Assembly (NCBI GenBank): GCA_034667465.1
Contig: JAXDJV010000024.1
Span: 16,361 to 80,360 of the forward strand
Source of the DNA: Acidobacteriota bacterium
GTDB lineage: Bacteria > Acidobacteriota > Thermoanaerobaculia > Gp7-AA8
Reading direction: 5' to 3'
Length of the DNA: 64,000 bases
Part shown: in pieces, positions 47,138-56,145 of the stretch
Layout of the letters: every line of letters begins with the position of its first letter
How positions within the stretch are numbered: position 1 is the stretch's first letter
Translations under genes and position numbers: made by a program
The notes under the pieces: generated by a model
What the model saw: only the letters and a program-made list of their open reading frames with translations
What the model was told of the DNA's origin: nothing
The model's database searches: none

Positions 47138-47752
47138 TCAGCGCGCCGCTTCCACCGGCTGCGGAATCGTCAGCTGCACGGCCGCATCTTCATCCGCTGC
47201 CGCGGTATAGATCTCGTAGCAGGAACGGCAGCGCGCTTCGTACGAAGAGTCGCCGACTTCCACCTGCGCATTGCCGCCCGCGACCCGCTGCGAGTAATGC
47301 GCCGCGCCACGACAGCGCACGCACACCGCATGCACTTTCGACACGTCCTCGGCGACCGCCAGCAAAGCGGGCATCGGTCCGAACGGACGCCGCATGTAAT
47401 CCTGATCGAGTCCCGCCGCGATGACGCGAATGCCGGCATCCGCCAGCTGCATGCAAACGTCGACGACGCCGTCATCGAAGAACTGGATCTCGTCGATGCC
47501 GACAACCTGCACGCCGATCTCGACCTTCGCAAGAAGCTGTTCGCTCGTCGCAACCGCCAGCGCTTTCAAACGGCGCTCGTCACGCGACACGATCTCCTCG
47601 GTTGCAAAGCGATCGTCGATGACCGGCTTGAATACCTGGACGCGCTGCCGCGCGATCACCGATCGCCGCAGCCGCCGAATCAATTCTTCCGACTTACCCG
47701 AGAACATGCCGCCGGCGATGATCTCGATCCAACCGCCTCTGTAACCGTCCAA
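47138..47752 (-). CDS. tdk: Thymidine kinase
   Basis: P-loop GGMFSGKSEELIRR. C-terminal zinc ribbon (CVRC...CRSC). Confidence 0.9.
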   Translation of the reverse strand: MDGYRGGWIEIIAGGMFSGKSEELIRRLRRSVIARQRVQVFKPVIDDRFATEEIVSRDERRLKALAVATSEQLLAKVEIGVQVVGIDEIQFFDDGVVDVCMQLADAGIRVIAAGLDQDYMRRPFGPMPALLAVAEDVSKVHAVCVRCRGAAHYSQRVAGGNAQVEVGDSSYEARCRSCYEIYTAAADEDAAVQLTIPQPVEAAR

Positions 47753-47777
47753 TGGAGCCTCCGCGCGCAGGATAGCA

Positions 47778-47816
47778 AAGTCAATATCAGGGGTCTGACC
47801 CCAAATGTTGACTTTA
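47778..47816. repeat. Palindromic element, family B copy 2 (aaagtcaa-tat-caggggtctgacccc-aaatg-ttgacttt)
   Basis: Nested inverted repeats between the tdk start and the next gene's stop. Confidence 0.6.
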
Positions 47817-48263
47817 GTACACGCGCATGTCGCCCGGTACCACGGCGTTGATCGCGTTGAGCATCGCGCGGGCGCGCCTGCCGTTCGGCCAGACGTCCGC
47901 GTTGTGGCAGGCGCGGTGAACCTCTTTCATCTCGTTTCGCAACAGGAGCGAGGCGCTGGTGCCGTCGGAAACGCGTCCGCAGCCGGATGCGAAATCGGTC
48001 GCATCAGCGGCGAGCTTGAAGATGCGGTCCGCTTTCGCGCGTGAGATACGGCGCTCGATCACTTTCTTCGACAGCTTCCCTTCATCGTCGAACGGCGGCG
48101 CTTCGCGCGTCACGCGCAGCTTTCCGTTGGCGAACAATTCAACGACGAAGCGCGGCTCACCCGGCATTCCCCACGTCGTCAGCACGAGACGCGGCTCGTC
48201 AGCGGGCGCGGCTGTAGCGGAGAGAACAAGTACAGCGAGGAAGACCGCAGCGGCGCGGCGCAC
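47814..48263 (-). CDS. Secreted hypothetical protein
   Basis: Signal peptide MRRAAAVFLAVLVLSATAAPA. Last gene of a four-gene DUF operon. Confidence 0.5.
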   Translation of the reverse strand: MRRAAAVFLAVLVLSATAAPADEPRLVLTTWGMPGEPRFVVELFANGKLRVTREAPPFDDEGKLSKKVIERRISRAKADRIFKLAADATDFASGCGRVSDGTSASLLLRNEMKEVHRACHNADVWPNGRRARAMLNAINAVVPGDMRVY

Positions 48264-48267
48264 GGCG

Positions 48268-49077
48268 TCAGGATGCGACGGAGCGAAGCTCGGAGATTCG
48301 CGAGCGAAGCTGCTCGGTCACCGCGAGGCCGCGAAGGAGGGACGCGGTCTTCTCGAATTCCAGCACCATCATTTCGACGGCGTGTTCGCCGGCGCCGCTC
48401 ATGATGCCGTCGAGCGCGTGCAGAAAATGTTTCTCGATGGTCTTGTGCGCCGAGTCACCGATGTACTCCTCGGCTATGGCGCGGATACGCGCGGCAAGGT
48501 CGACGAGCTCGCTGTTCTCCTCGTCGCTTCCTCGATCAATTTTTTTTTTTACGGCAACCAGTTCGGACGTGACCATCCCGTAGAGGATTTTCGCGACGTC
48601 GAACGACGAGATCGCCAGCGCTTTGCCTATGTCGGCGATCGAACGATGGCCGTCGATCTTCGTGATCAGCATCCACTCCTGCGGATTGAGCGTGATCTGC
48701 TCGTGGCGGCTTTCGCGAATCAGCAGCTCGGGGACGACTTCAACCGAAGGAATCTTCTTCGACAGCACGCGCCATTCGTCGAGGCGACGCGCCGCTTCCA
48801 TCAGCAGGTTCGTGTTCGATTTGGTGATCGTCTGACGATCGGGCTCTTCGGCCGGGCTGAACTGAAACTCGCCCTGGTTCCAGATGGCGAGCGCGTAGAT
48901 CGCTTCCTCGCCCACCAGATCGGCCACCTGCGCGTGAACCATCTGGCCGTTTTTGAGGTAGATGAACCCTCGCTCACCGTCGCGCGAGAGCGTGAACTTC
49001 CCGGTCTTCCCGGACACGCTGACCAACTGAATAATGTCGGGCAACGGCAGTTCTTTTAGAGATCCCTGGAAGGCCAT
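48268..49077 (-). CDS. DUF4388 domain protein
   Basis: N-terminal LKELPLPDIIQLVSVSGKTGKFTLSRDGERGFIYLKNGQMVHAQV (DUF4388). Contains an 11-nt A/T homopolymer at 48540-48550. Confidence 0.7.
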   Translation of the reverse strand: MAFQGSLKELPLPDIIQLVSVSGKTGKFTLSRDGERGFIYLKNGQMVHAQVADLVGEEAIYALAIWNQGEFQFSPAEEPDRQTITKSNTNLLMEAARRLDEWRVLSKKIPSVEVVPELLIRESRHEQITLNPQEWMLITKIDGHRSIADIGKALAISSFDVAKILYGMVTSELVAVKKKIDRGSDEENSELVDLAARIRAIAEEYIGDSAHKTIEKHFLHALDGIMSGAGEHAVEMMVLEFEKTASLLRGLAVTEQLRSRISELRSVAS

Positions 49078-49140
49078 TTGTCTCCGAATTGGCGTTTTCG
49101 CGCTGCGGTTTCGAGAGCGTAACCCACCACTGGTAGCGCG

Positions 49141-49608
49141 TCAAGAAGAGGTAAATTCACGCATGTCCGCACTTTCGGCCGATTTCTCCATCGCCGCCAA
49201 AGCCCAGATTCCGAACGCCATTCCGACCGCCAGTCCGGTCGCAATCCGCAGCGGATTCGTGCTTTCGCGCAACCCCGCAAGCTGCGTAAAACCGTCGAGC
49301 GCCATCGCCGCCGACGCGCCGATCAGAAAGATTTTCGCTACTCCGATCCGTACACGCGTGACGGCGAAGAGCACGACGCCCGCGAAGAGTCCCGAATAGA
49401 TCGCGGTGCAGCGCGCGCAGATCGGCATCGGCACGTTCCATACGATCAAACAACGCGCCGGCATCCCGTGACACATCATCCGAAACAGCCAGCGCCAGTT
49501 CATCGACGCACCGTGCGCGATCGCGAACGTGCAGAGCAGCGACGCCGAGAGCACGACGAGCGGAATCGCCGCCAGCAATGCCGCGACGATCTTCGTGTCG
49601 CGTTTCAC
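49141..49608 (-). CDS. DUF2085 family membrane protein
   Basis: CHGMPARCLIVWNVPMPICARCTAIYSGLF matches the DUF2085 Cys motif. 4 TM helices. Confidence 0.6.
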   Translation of the reverse strand: MKRDTKIVAALLAAIPLVVLSASLLCTFAIAHGASMNWRWLFRMMCHGMPARCLIVWNVPMPICARCTAIYSGLFAGVVLFAVTRVRIGVAKIFLIGASAAMALDGFTQLAGLRESTNPLRIATGLAVGMAFGIWALAAMEKSAESADMREFTSS

Positions 49609-50327
49609 TTCACGCTCGAAAGCCGATAGACCTGCGCGAACGCATACGCCGCAACGAGCGCCGACCAGAAGCCGGTGAAGACGACGCCGATGAAGCAGAG
49701 GATGATCCCGGCGCCGGCCGCGAAGCGGGCGACGAAATAGATGACGACCGCGATCAGATAGTTGGCGACGTTCGCGCGGATGAAACGCGCGATGCGCGAG
49801 AATTCAAACGCCGCGCTGAAGTTTCCTTCGACGACTGAGAAGAGCATCGCGCCCGGAATCCATACCGCAAGCGCGAGACTGATCGGCATGATCAGGCACC
49901 AGAACATCATTCCGATGCCGGTGGCGATTCCGCGAACCACATCGGAGTCGGCGTGGCTGCCGATCGCCATCGGGACGATGAAGAAAAATCCGAGTCCGAT
50001 GATCGGCAGACAGTAGACGAGCCCGATCCCGAAGAGCCGCAGTCCTTCACTGAAATAGTCGCCGAGGTCATCCCATTCGGGAAGCGGCCGCTCGACGTTG
50101 TTGATGACGTTGCGTGCGACGCGCGCGATGTAGCCGAGGACGAAGAAGACGCCGATGAGCACGACGCTGGCGAGGATGAAAAGTCCGCCGATGAGGATCT
50201 TCGGCAGCCAGCTCGGATCGTCGAACACATACGTGAACGGACGGAGCACGTCATAGCTCGATCCCGGCACGCGCGGCGGCGCGGGAGGCGGCGGCGGTGG
50301 CGGATAATCCTGCGAAATGTCGGACAC
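49605..50327 (-). CDS. DUF4013 family membrane protein
   Basis: Pro-rich N-terminus followed by multiple TM helices. Its stop overlaps the DUF2085 start by 4 nt. Confidence 0.6.
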   Translation of the reverse strand: MSDISQDYPPPPPPPAPPRVPGSSYDVLRPFTYVFDDPSWLPKILIGGLFILASVVLIGVFFVLGYIARVARNVINNVERPLPEWDDLGDYFSEGLRLFGIGLVYCLPIIGLGFFFIVPMAIGSHADSDVVRGIATGIGMMFWCLIMPISLALAVWIPGAMLFSVVEGNFSAAFEFSRIARFIRANVANYLIAVVIYFVARFAAGAGIILCFIGVVFTGFWSALVAAYAFAQVYRLSSVK

Positions 50328-50385
50328 AGCTGAAGTGTAACGGAACCTGGAAGAAAAGCCGGACGTCTACACTTCTGAGACAACG

Positions 50386-51477
50386 GTGGAGATGAACGAC
50401 CCGGAGCGCGAATACTTCCTGCGCCAGCAACTGAAAGCGATTCTGTCGGAGCTCGGCGAAAGCGAGCTCGCGACAGACGACGAAGAGCGGATCGAGCTGG
50501 TTCCCCAGGAGCGGAAGCAGGGTCCGGGAGCGACGATCGCCATCGTCGCGTCCGTCATTCTTCACACCGCCACGCTCATCTACCTGGTCAACAACTACAA
50601 GCCGGTGACGAACAACGCCGCGAAGACACCGATCACCCGCTACGTGGAGCTGATCCGCCGCAACCCGCAGCAGGAGCGCGAACGCGAGTTCGTCCAGGCG
50701 CCGGGAGCGAAGCTCAAGTCGGCGCCGCTGAACGCTCCATGGTCGAACGCAAATCGTCGCGCCAGCACGCCGCATCCGACCGGCGACAAACCGACGACTC
50801 GCCCCGGCGACGGCAGCAACATCTACGTCCCGCGCTCGGTGAAAAGCGGCGGCAGTTCCGAAGGAACGGCAGCCGCGCAGCCGCAACAACAGCAGCCGCA
50901 GAATGCGCAACAGGCAAACGCGCCTGCGAAAGAAACCGTCTCCGCGATGCAGCAGCCGACCGACATCAAACCGCTGACGACGTATCAGCCGCCGCAGCAG
51001 GCCGCCGTCGCGCCGAACAACGCTGTCGAATGGAAGAACGCAATTCGCGAAGTCGGAAAAGTCGCGTCGCTCGGCGGCAGCCGTCAGGGTGGCGCCGACA
51101 TTCAGGGCTCGCTCGGCGGCGACAAAGGCTTCGCCGACAACGGACCGGTTTCGTTCGAATCGCAGTGGTACAACTGGGGCGATTACGCCGATTCGATGGT
51201 CAGCCGCATCCGCGTGAACTGGATGAACAACATGCCCGAGCTGCTGCGCACCGGCCTCAAGGGCAACGTCACGATCCGCTTCACGATCCATCGCGATGGC
51301 CGCATCAGCGACGTCACGATTCTCAGCACGTCGACGATCCCGCCATACGACTTCGCCGCGAAGAAAGCGATCGAGCTCTCGTCGCCGCTGAATCCGCTGC
51401 CGAAAGACTTTCCGATGGCGACCGAGCGCGTCACCTGCGGCTTCTACTACAACATGGAAGTGCCGGCGTCGCACTGA
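50386..51477 (+). CDS. tonB: Energy transducer TonB
   Basis: N-terminal TM anchor, a Pro/Gln-rich spacer, and a C-terminal TonB domain (NVTIRFTIHRDGRISDVTILSTS). Confidence 0.7.
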   Translation: MEMNDPEREYFLRQQLKAILSELGESELATDDEERIELVPQERKQGPGATIAIVASVILHTATLIYLVNNYKPVTNNAAKTPITRYVELIRRNPQQEREREFVQAPGAKLKSAPLNAPWSNANRRASTPHPTGDKPTTRPGDGSNIYVPRSVKSGGSSEGTAAAQPQQQQPQNAQQANAPAKETVSAMQQPTDIKPLTTYQPPQQAAVAPNNAVEWKNAIREVGKVASLGGSRQGGADIQGSLGGDKGFADNGPVSFESQWYNWGDYADSMVSRIRVNWMNNMPELLRTGLKGNVTIRFTIHRDGRISDVTILSTSTIPPYDFAAKKAIELSSPLNPLPKDFPMATERVTCGFYYNMEVPASH

Positions 51478-51499
51478 CGCCGCGCTACACTCGCGGGGA

Positions 51500-51976
51500 A
51501 TGCCGGCCCCCGTCACCACGATCACGATTCATCGCGGTATCACCGTCGTGATGCTGATGCTCGTCACGATCGCCATCGTGATCCTCACGCTCTGGATGTC
51601 GGGAAAGAGCTATTCGAAGATCGATCCGGTACCGTTCGAGGACATCCGTCACCTCGCGCAGCGACTCGAGCATCGCCAGATCCCGACGCAGATCCTCGCC
51701 GTGATCATCGTCCCGATCGTCGCCAACATCCTGCTGTTCGTGCCGTGGGGATTTCTCCTGTTCCTCGCGCTGCACACGGAAGAACGTCCGACCGTGCAGA
51801 TCTATGTACTGACGGTGCTGCTCGGACTGACATTCACGCTCGGCATCGAGGCGTATCAATACTTTCTCCCGTCGCGCGTTGCCGACATCAATGACGTCAT
51901 CTACAACACCAGCGGAACTCTTCTCGGCGCGATGCTCGGTCATCTGCGCGAAAGGGTTCGCTTCGAGTTCGACTAA
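51500..51976 (+). CDS. VanZ family membrane protein
   Basis: 4-TM small protein with a VanZ-like conserved core (PWGFLLF...GIEAYQYFLPSRVADINDVIYNTSG). Confidence 0.7.
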   Translation: MPAPVTTITIHRGITVVMLMLVTIAIVILTLWMSGKSYSKIDPVPFEDIRHLAQRLEHRQIPTQILAVIIVPIVANILLFVPWGFLLFLALHTEERPTVQIYVLTVLLGLTFTLGIEAYQYFLPSRVADINDVIYNTSGTLLGAMLGHLRERVRFEFD

Positions 51977-52729
51977 ATGCGAATTGCTTTGACCCGAGCC
52001 ATCTCCCCCACCATCGACCACGCCGAGCTGACGCACGTCGCGCGCGTACCGATCGACCTCGCGCGCGCCGAGGAGCAGCACGCCGCGTACGAACGATTGC
52101 TCGCAGAGCTTGGATGCACGGTGCGGCGAATCGATCCGGCGCCGGCGATGCCCGACGCGGTCTTCGTCGAAGACACCGCGATCGTCGTCGACGAACTGGC
52201 GATCATCACGCGCCCGGGCGCGGAGTCGCGACGCAACGAAATCGAGTCGATGGCTGCAGTGCTCGGCGACTATCGCCCGCTCGCGTACATCAAAGAACCG
52301 GCCACGATCGACGGCGGCGACGTGCTGCACATCGGCAAGCGGCTGTGGGTCGGTGAGTCGGCGCGCAGCAGCAGCGACGCGGTCACGCAACTTCGCGCGC
52401 TCCTTCCCGGCTACGCGATCGAATCAGTCCCGTTGCGCGACGCGCTGCATCTCAAAACCGCCGTGACGTACGCCGGCAACAACACGCTGATCATCAATCC
52501 GGCGTGGGTCGATCCATTAGAAGGCTTCGACATCATCGAGGTCGATCCATCCGAACCGTTCGCCGCCAACGTGTTGACCATCGGCACGACCGTCGTCTGC
52601 TCCGCCGCCTTTCCGCGAACCGCTCAGCGCCTGCGCGAACGCGGCTTCGACGTGCGAGTGATCGACGCCGGCGAGCTCGCGAAAGCGGAGGGCGGATTGA
52701 CCTGCTGCAGCGTTGTGTTCGAGGCATGA
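51977..52729 (+). CDS. Amidinotransferase-superfamily hydrolase (dimethylarginine dimethylaminohydrolase-like)
   Basis: DDAH / arginine deiminase-like fold. C-terminal catalytic Cys block GGLTCCS. Starts immediately after the vanZ-like stop. Confidence 0.7.
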   Translation: MRIALTRAISPTIDHAELTHVARVPIDLARAEEQHAAYERLLAELGCTVRRIDPAPAMPDAVFVEDTAIVVDELAIITRPGAESRRNEIESMAAVLGDYRPLAYIKEPATIDGGDVLHIGKRLWVGESARSSSDAVTQLRALLPGYAIESVPLRDALHLKTAVTYAGNNTLIINPAWVDPLEGFDIIEVDPSEPFAANVLTIGTTVVCSAAFPRTAQRLRERGFDVRVIDAGELAKAEGGLTCCSVVFEA

Positions 52730-52736
52730 GGTGGCT

Positions 52737-52790
52737 TTGCACACAAAGTAGCTGCTGCACATAAAGTCTAAGGCCTGCACATAAAGTAGC
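52737..52790. repeat. Three tandem direct copies of a 13-14 nt motif (tTGCACAcAAAGTag / cTGCACAtAAAGTct / cTGCACAtAAAGTag)
   Basis: Can be read directly, immediately after the DDAH-like stop. A fourth and fifth copy in the same orientation occur at 56084-56115 (cTGCACAcAAAGTg, gcTGCAtACAATG). Confidence 0.5.
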
Positions 52791-52905
52791 CGAGAAGGTG
52801 CCTCAGAACGGCGCCTTCTCAGCATTTCTCCGCTCGCTGGCCTCCCACGACGGCAGCGGCACGAGACGCGGAGATTTTCAACATTTGAACTTCTCCTCCG
52901 TTCCG

Positions 52906-53712
52906 TTACGGTTTCGAGAGATCCCAGTAGACGTGGTAGTCGTAACCGATCAAATCAACTCGCCGGAACCCCTTCGCCCGGATCTCGTCAATCAGGGTGC
53001 CTTTCTGAAACGCCCGCGCTCGCACTGCGCCCATCAAGACGTATCTGAGCGTGATCCGGTCGGCCATCTTTCCGCTCACTTCTACTCCGATGTCCTCTTT
53101 CCCATCCAGGAAGTAGTCACGCAGGTGAATCGCATATGCGCGACGTTCATCAACTTCGCGTTCTCTAGCCGCGAGCGCAGCTCGGACCGGAGCCATCAGC
53201 TCATATTGCTTTTCCAAGTCCTTCACAGGCTTTTCGAAACGCGCCAAGACTTCGGGTGTGGCTCCGTCGCGCTTCGCGGAATCGAAGGCTGCTCGGCTCG
53301 GAGCGGCTTCGCCCGCACGGATGGCCCGGCGCAGAACATCGAGATGAGCCGAAGCGCATCGTTGGCTGAACTCTGAACTAGCGGAGTATGCGGAGTCCTT
53401 GTTCTTGATGTCGTCGCAAAGAGCCGCCACTTGCCGGAGTGGCGCGGAGGCTGGCATCAATGACAGTTGCTTCTTCGATCGGGCGAGGTGGAGCGCGTTC
53501 AGCGTTGCATCCGCGCTTTTGGCTTCTGCATTCGTTGCCCCCTCCAACCTTTGGCGGCTCTCCATCTGTGAGGAACTCGCGAAAGCTACGATCAGAATGA
53601 CGGCAAGGATGAAAATCATTGCCCCAACGACGCGAGCGGTCAGCGCCTTCCGAGCGTAGGCGACCCCAACGCCGATGACGACGATGAGCAACAACATCGA
53701 GACGCATCCCAT
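52906..53712 (-). CDS. Hypothetical membrane protein (2 N-terminal TM helices plus a soluble domain), island-encoded
   Basis: 268-aa ORF with lower GC than its neighbours. Divergent from the XRE regulator gene. Confidence 0.5.
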   Translation of the reverse strand: MGCVSMLLLIVVIGVGVAYARKALTARVVGAMIFILAVILIVAFASSSQMESRQRLEGATNAEAKSADATLNALHLARSKKQLSLMPASAPLRQVAALCDDIKNKDSAYSASSEFSQRCASAHLDVLRRAIRAGEAAPSRAAFDSAKRDGATPEVLARFEKPVKDLEKQYELMAPVRAALAAREREVDERRAYAIHLRDYFLDGKEDIGVEVSGKMADRITLRYVLMGAVRARAFQKGTLIDEIRAKGFRRVDLIGYDYHVYWDLSKP

Positions 53713-53810
53713 GGGCTCAGCTCCCTGATTGTTTCGGGGCGAGCATTTTATAGAGTACGTAAGTCAAAAGCGACATCGACGCATGCGGCGACTCCTAGCA
53801 TCGGTCGTCA

Positions 53811-54050
53811 ATGGGCGCTTCAATCCTCTCGCTGATCGGTCAGGCGGTGAAGGAGATCAGGCTGGCGCGCGGAATGACGCAGCAACAACTCGCGGACCTC
53901 TGCGAGATGCACCGCACGTTCATCATCGCGGTCGAGAAAGGGCGGCAGAACGCCTCGACGCTGACGCTGCTGAGGATCGCCGCAGCGCTGGACGTGCTGC
54001 CCTCAGAACTGTTTCGCGCCTGCACCAAACAGAAGATGCGCGCTCTCTAG
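53811..54050 (+). CDS. XRE-family (Cro/CI-type) HTH transcriptional regulator
   Basis: HTH block RGMTQQQLADLCEMHRTFIIAVEKGRQNASTLTLLRIAAAL, 79 aa. Confidence 0.8.
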   Translation: MGASILSLIGQAVKEIRLARGMTQQQLADLCEMHRTFIIAVEKGRQNASTLTLLRIAAALDVLPSELFRACTKQKMRAL

Positions 54051-54596
54051 CCGTCGACCTCGCCGCACAAACGAGCCATAAAGTAACTTAAGTGCTTTAG
54101 ACTGAATGACTTGCGGCTTGCGCGGCTTGACGCTCCTGTGAGACCATCCTTTCGAGCGGCGCGTCCGAGCGGTCGCGCGAGAAACGCGAGGAGCACTTCC
54201 CATGAGCATTTAATGCAGCAGAAACAGCGAAACCCCGCCGACGGGTCGAATCGTCGCGGGGTTCCGTTGATCGCCGAAATCTGTCGGTGCCGGTCGGTCC
54301 AGCCGTCTAAAGTTGACCCAAACCGCTACCCCAACATCAACCCTCGTTTGCCGTCGTTTTGGCAGGATGGAAGGTTCAATGTCTAGAGAAATACTAGCAC
54401 AGGAGAAGTGCGCCAGCAATCACGAACGTCGCTCGGTTCGAACGAGACGCGGCGAGCGAAAGATGCGGCGCAATCAGGCGAAGCGTGACCGAGGTTCCCG
54501 CACGGGCTGGCGTCGCCCGGCGTCGCGCCGGCAGCGCAGGTGAGGTCGCACTTCATGCGGGGCAGAGGCGCGCGTGATCGCGCCCTCTGCCCCGCT

Positions 54597-54765
54597 CACT
54601 TCTTCGCCTTCCGCTTCCTAGTCGGCGCAGCCGCATCCTTGCGGGGCCGATTCCAGAAGGGCGACTTGCACTTCGGGCAGACGGTCGGAACTTGGCTCGT
54701 CCGCCTTGGAGCCCACTCATGACTGCATCGTTCGCATCGGTATCCGCGCAGCGTTATCTCCGCCA
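54597..54765 (-). CDS. FmdB-family zinc-ribbon small protein (56 aa)
   Basis: Manual translation: MAEITLRGYRCERCSHEWAPRRTSQVPTVCPKCKSPFWNRPRKDAAAPTRKRKAKK (Y-x-C-x-x-C-x-H ... C-P-x-C). Below the ORF-track size cutoff. A GC hairpin (54561-54595) follows the stop. Confidence 0.55.
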
Positions 54766-54872
54766 TGCCGCCGTTTTTATCACACCTACGAGTGATATAC
54801 CAAAGGGTAAGAAGTGCTGGACAACATGCTTACTCTTACGTATATTACTAATAGGTAAGACGGAGGCACGAG

Positions 54873-56123
54873 ATGACGACTCAGGAGCCACGCCAGCAGC
54901 GCGGATTGGAGATCGCGGCGACGCTGAACATTCAGCGGAAGGGCGACGCGTGGATCGTGCCGTCCCAGACGCTGGTCGGCCGCTACACGGTGACGCGCGA
55001 TGAGCAGGGCTTCCGCTGCTCGTGCCCGGACTTCGAACTCCGACACTCGACATGCAAGCACGGCTACGCTGTGGAGTTCTATCTGAAGCGCGAAACCACC
55101 GTGGCTCCTGACGGGGAGACCGTGCTGACGGAGACGCGCGGCGTGCGGGTCACCTACCCGCAGAACTGGCCCGCGTACAACGCGGCGCAGACGGCGGAGA
55201 AGGAGTTGTTTTGCCACCTACTCCGCGATCTGTGCGCCGCCGTGCCGGAGCCGCCGCGCGGCATGGGCCGTCCGTCGGTGCCGCTCAGCGAGGCGCTGTT
55301 CGCCGCATGCTTCAAGGTCTACTCCGGCGTGAGCAGTCGCCGGTTCATGAGCGATCTGCGCGTCGCACACGAGAAGGGGTTCGTCACGCGTCCCTGGCAC
55401 TTCAACACCGTCCTGAAGGTGATCGACGACCCGACGATCACGCCCCCCGTTCAGAAGCTAGTAGCGGCAAGCGCGGCGCCTCTGAAGTCAGTCGAGAGCG
55501 CGTTCGCCGTGGACTCCACCGGCTTCGGAACGCAGTGCTTCTACCGGCACTACAACGCGAAGTACGGGCACGATCAGTTCTCGCGGAACTACGTCAAACT
55601 TCACGCGCTGATCGGAACGAAGACCAACGTGATCGTGGCGGCGACCGTGACCGATCGCGACTATCACGACTACCCGGCGTTCCGCCCGCTGATCGAGGTC
55701 GGAGCGCAGACCTTCGACATGAAGGAAGTCAGTGCCGACAAGGCGTACAGCGGACGGAGCAACATCGAAGCGGTAGTCGCGATCGGGGCAGAGCCGTTCA
55801 TTCCGTTCCGCTCCAACGCGCGCGACGACGCGACCTCGCCGCTCTGGTCGAAGTTGTTCCACTTGTACAACTACCGAGCGGACGAGTTTCTCCCGCACTA
55901 CCACCGGAGAAGCAACGCCGAGAGCACCTTCTCGATGATGAAGCGCGTCTTCACCGAGACGCTCCGGTCGAAGACGACGGACGCACAGACTAACGAACTT
56001 CTGCTGATGGTCGTCGCCCACAACATTCGGGTCTTGATTCACTCCATCTTCGAGCTCGGGGTGACGATCCCCGGTCTCTCAACCTGCACACAAAGTGCGA
56101 TGGCTGCATACAATGCCGCTTAG
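54873..56123 (+). CDS. DDE transposase, IS5/IS4-like, with an N-terminal SWIM-type zinc finger
   Basis: SWIM CxCxnCxH (FRCSCPDFELRHSTCKHGY). DDE blocks: AVDSTGF, SADKAYSGRSN, HYHRRSNAESTFSMMKRVF...LMVVAHNIRVL (IS5-type C-terminus). AT-rich promoter-like region upstream. Confidence 0.8.
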   Translation: MTTQEPRQQRGLEIAATLNIQRKGDAWIVPSQTLVGRYTVTRDEQGFRCSCPDFELRHSTCKHGYAVEFYLKRETTVAPDGETVLTETRGVRVTYPQNWPAYNAAQTAEKELFCHLLRDLCAAVPEPPRGMGRPSVPLSEALFAACFKVYSGVSSRRFMSDLRVAHEKGFVTRPWHFNTVLKVIDDPTITPPVQKLVAASAAPLKSVESAFAVDSTGFGTQCFYRHYNAKYGHDQFSRNYVKLHALIGTKTNVIVAATVTDRDYHDYPAFRPLIEVGAQTFDMKEVSADKAYSGRSNIEAVVAIGAEPFIPFRSNARDDATSPLWSKLFHLYNYRADEFLPHYHRRSNAESTFSMMKRVFTETLRSKTTDAQTNELLLMVVAHNIRVLIHSIFELGVTIPGLSTCTQSAMAAYNAA

Positions 56124-56145
56124 AAACGCGACTTTAGGTGCAAAG

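Noticed and set aside
54111-54543. ORFs 54111..54386 (+), 54210..54419 (-) and 54313..54543 (+) in the island gap
   Set aside because: They have poor codon bias and highly basic low-complexity sequences. The region is more likely non-coding, so it is flagged as a possible sRNA or regulatory region instead.
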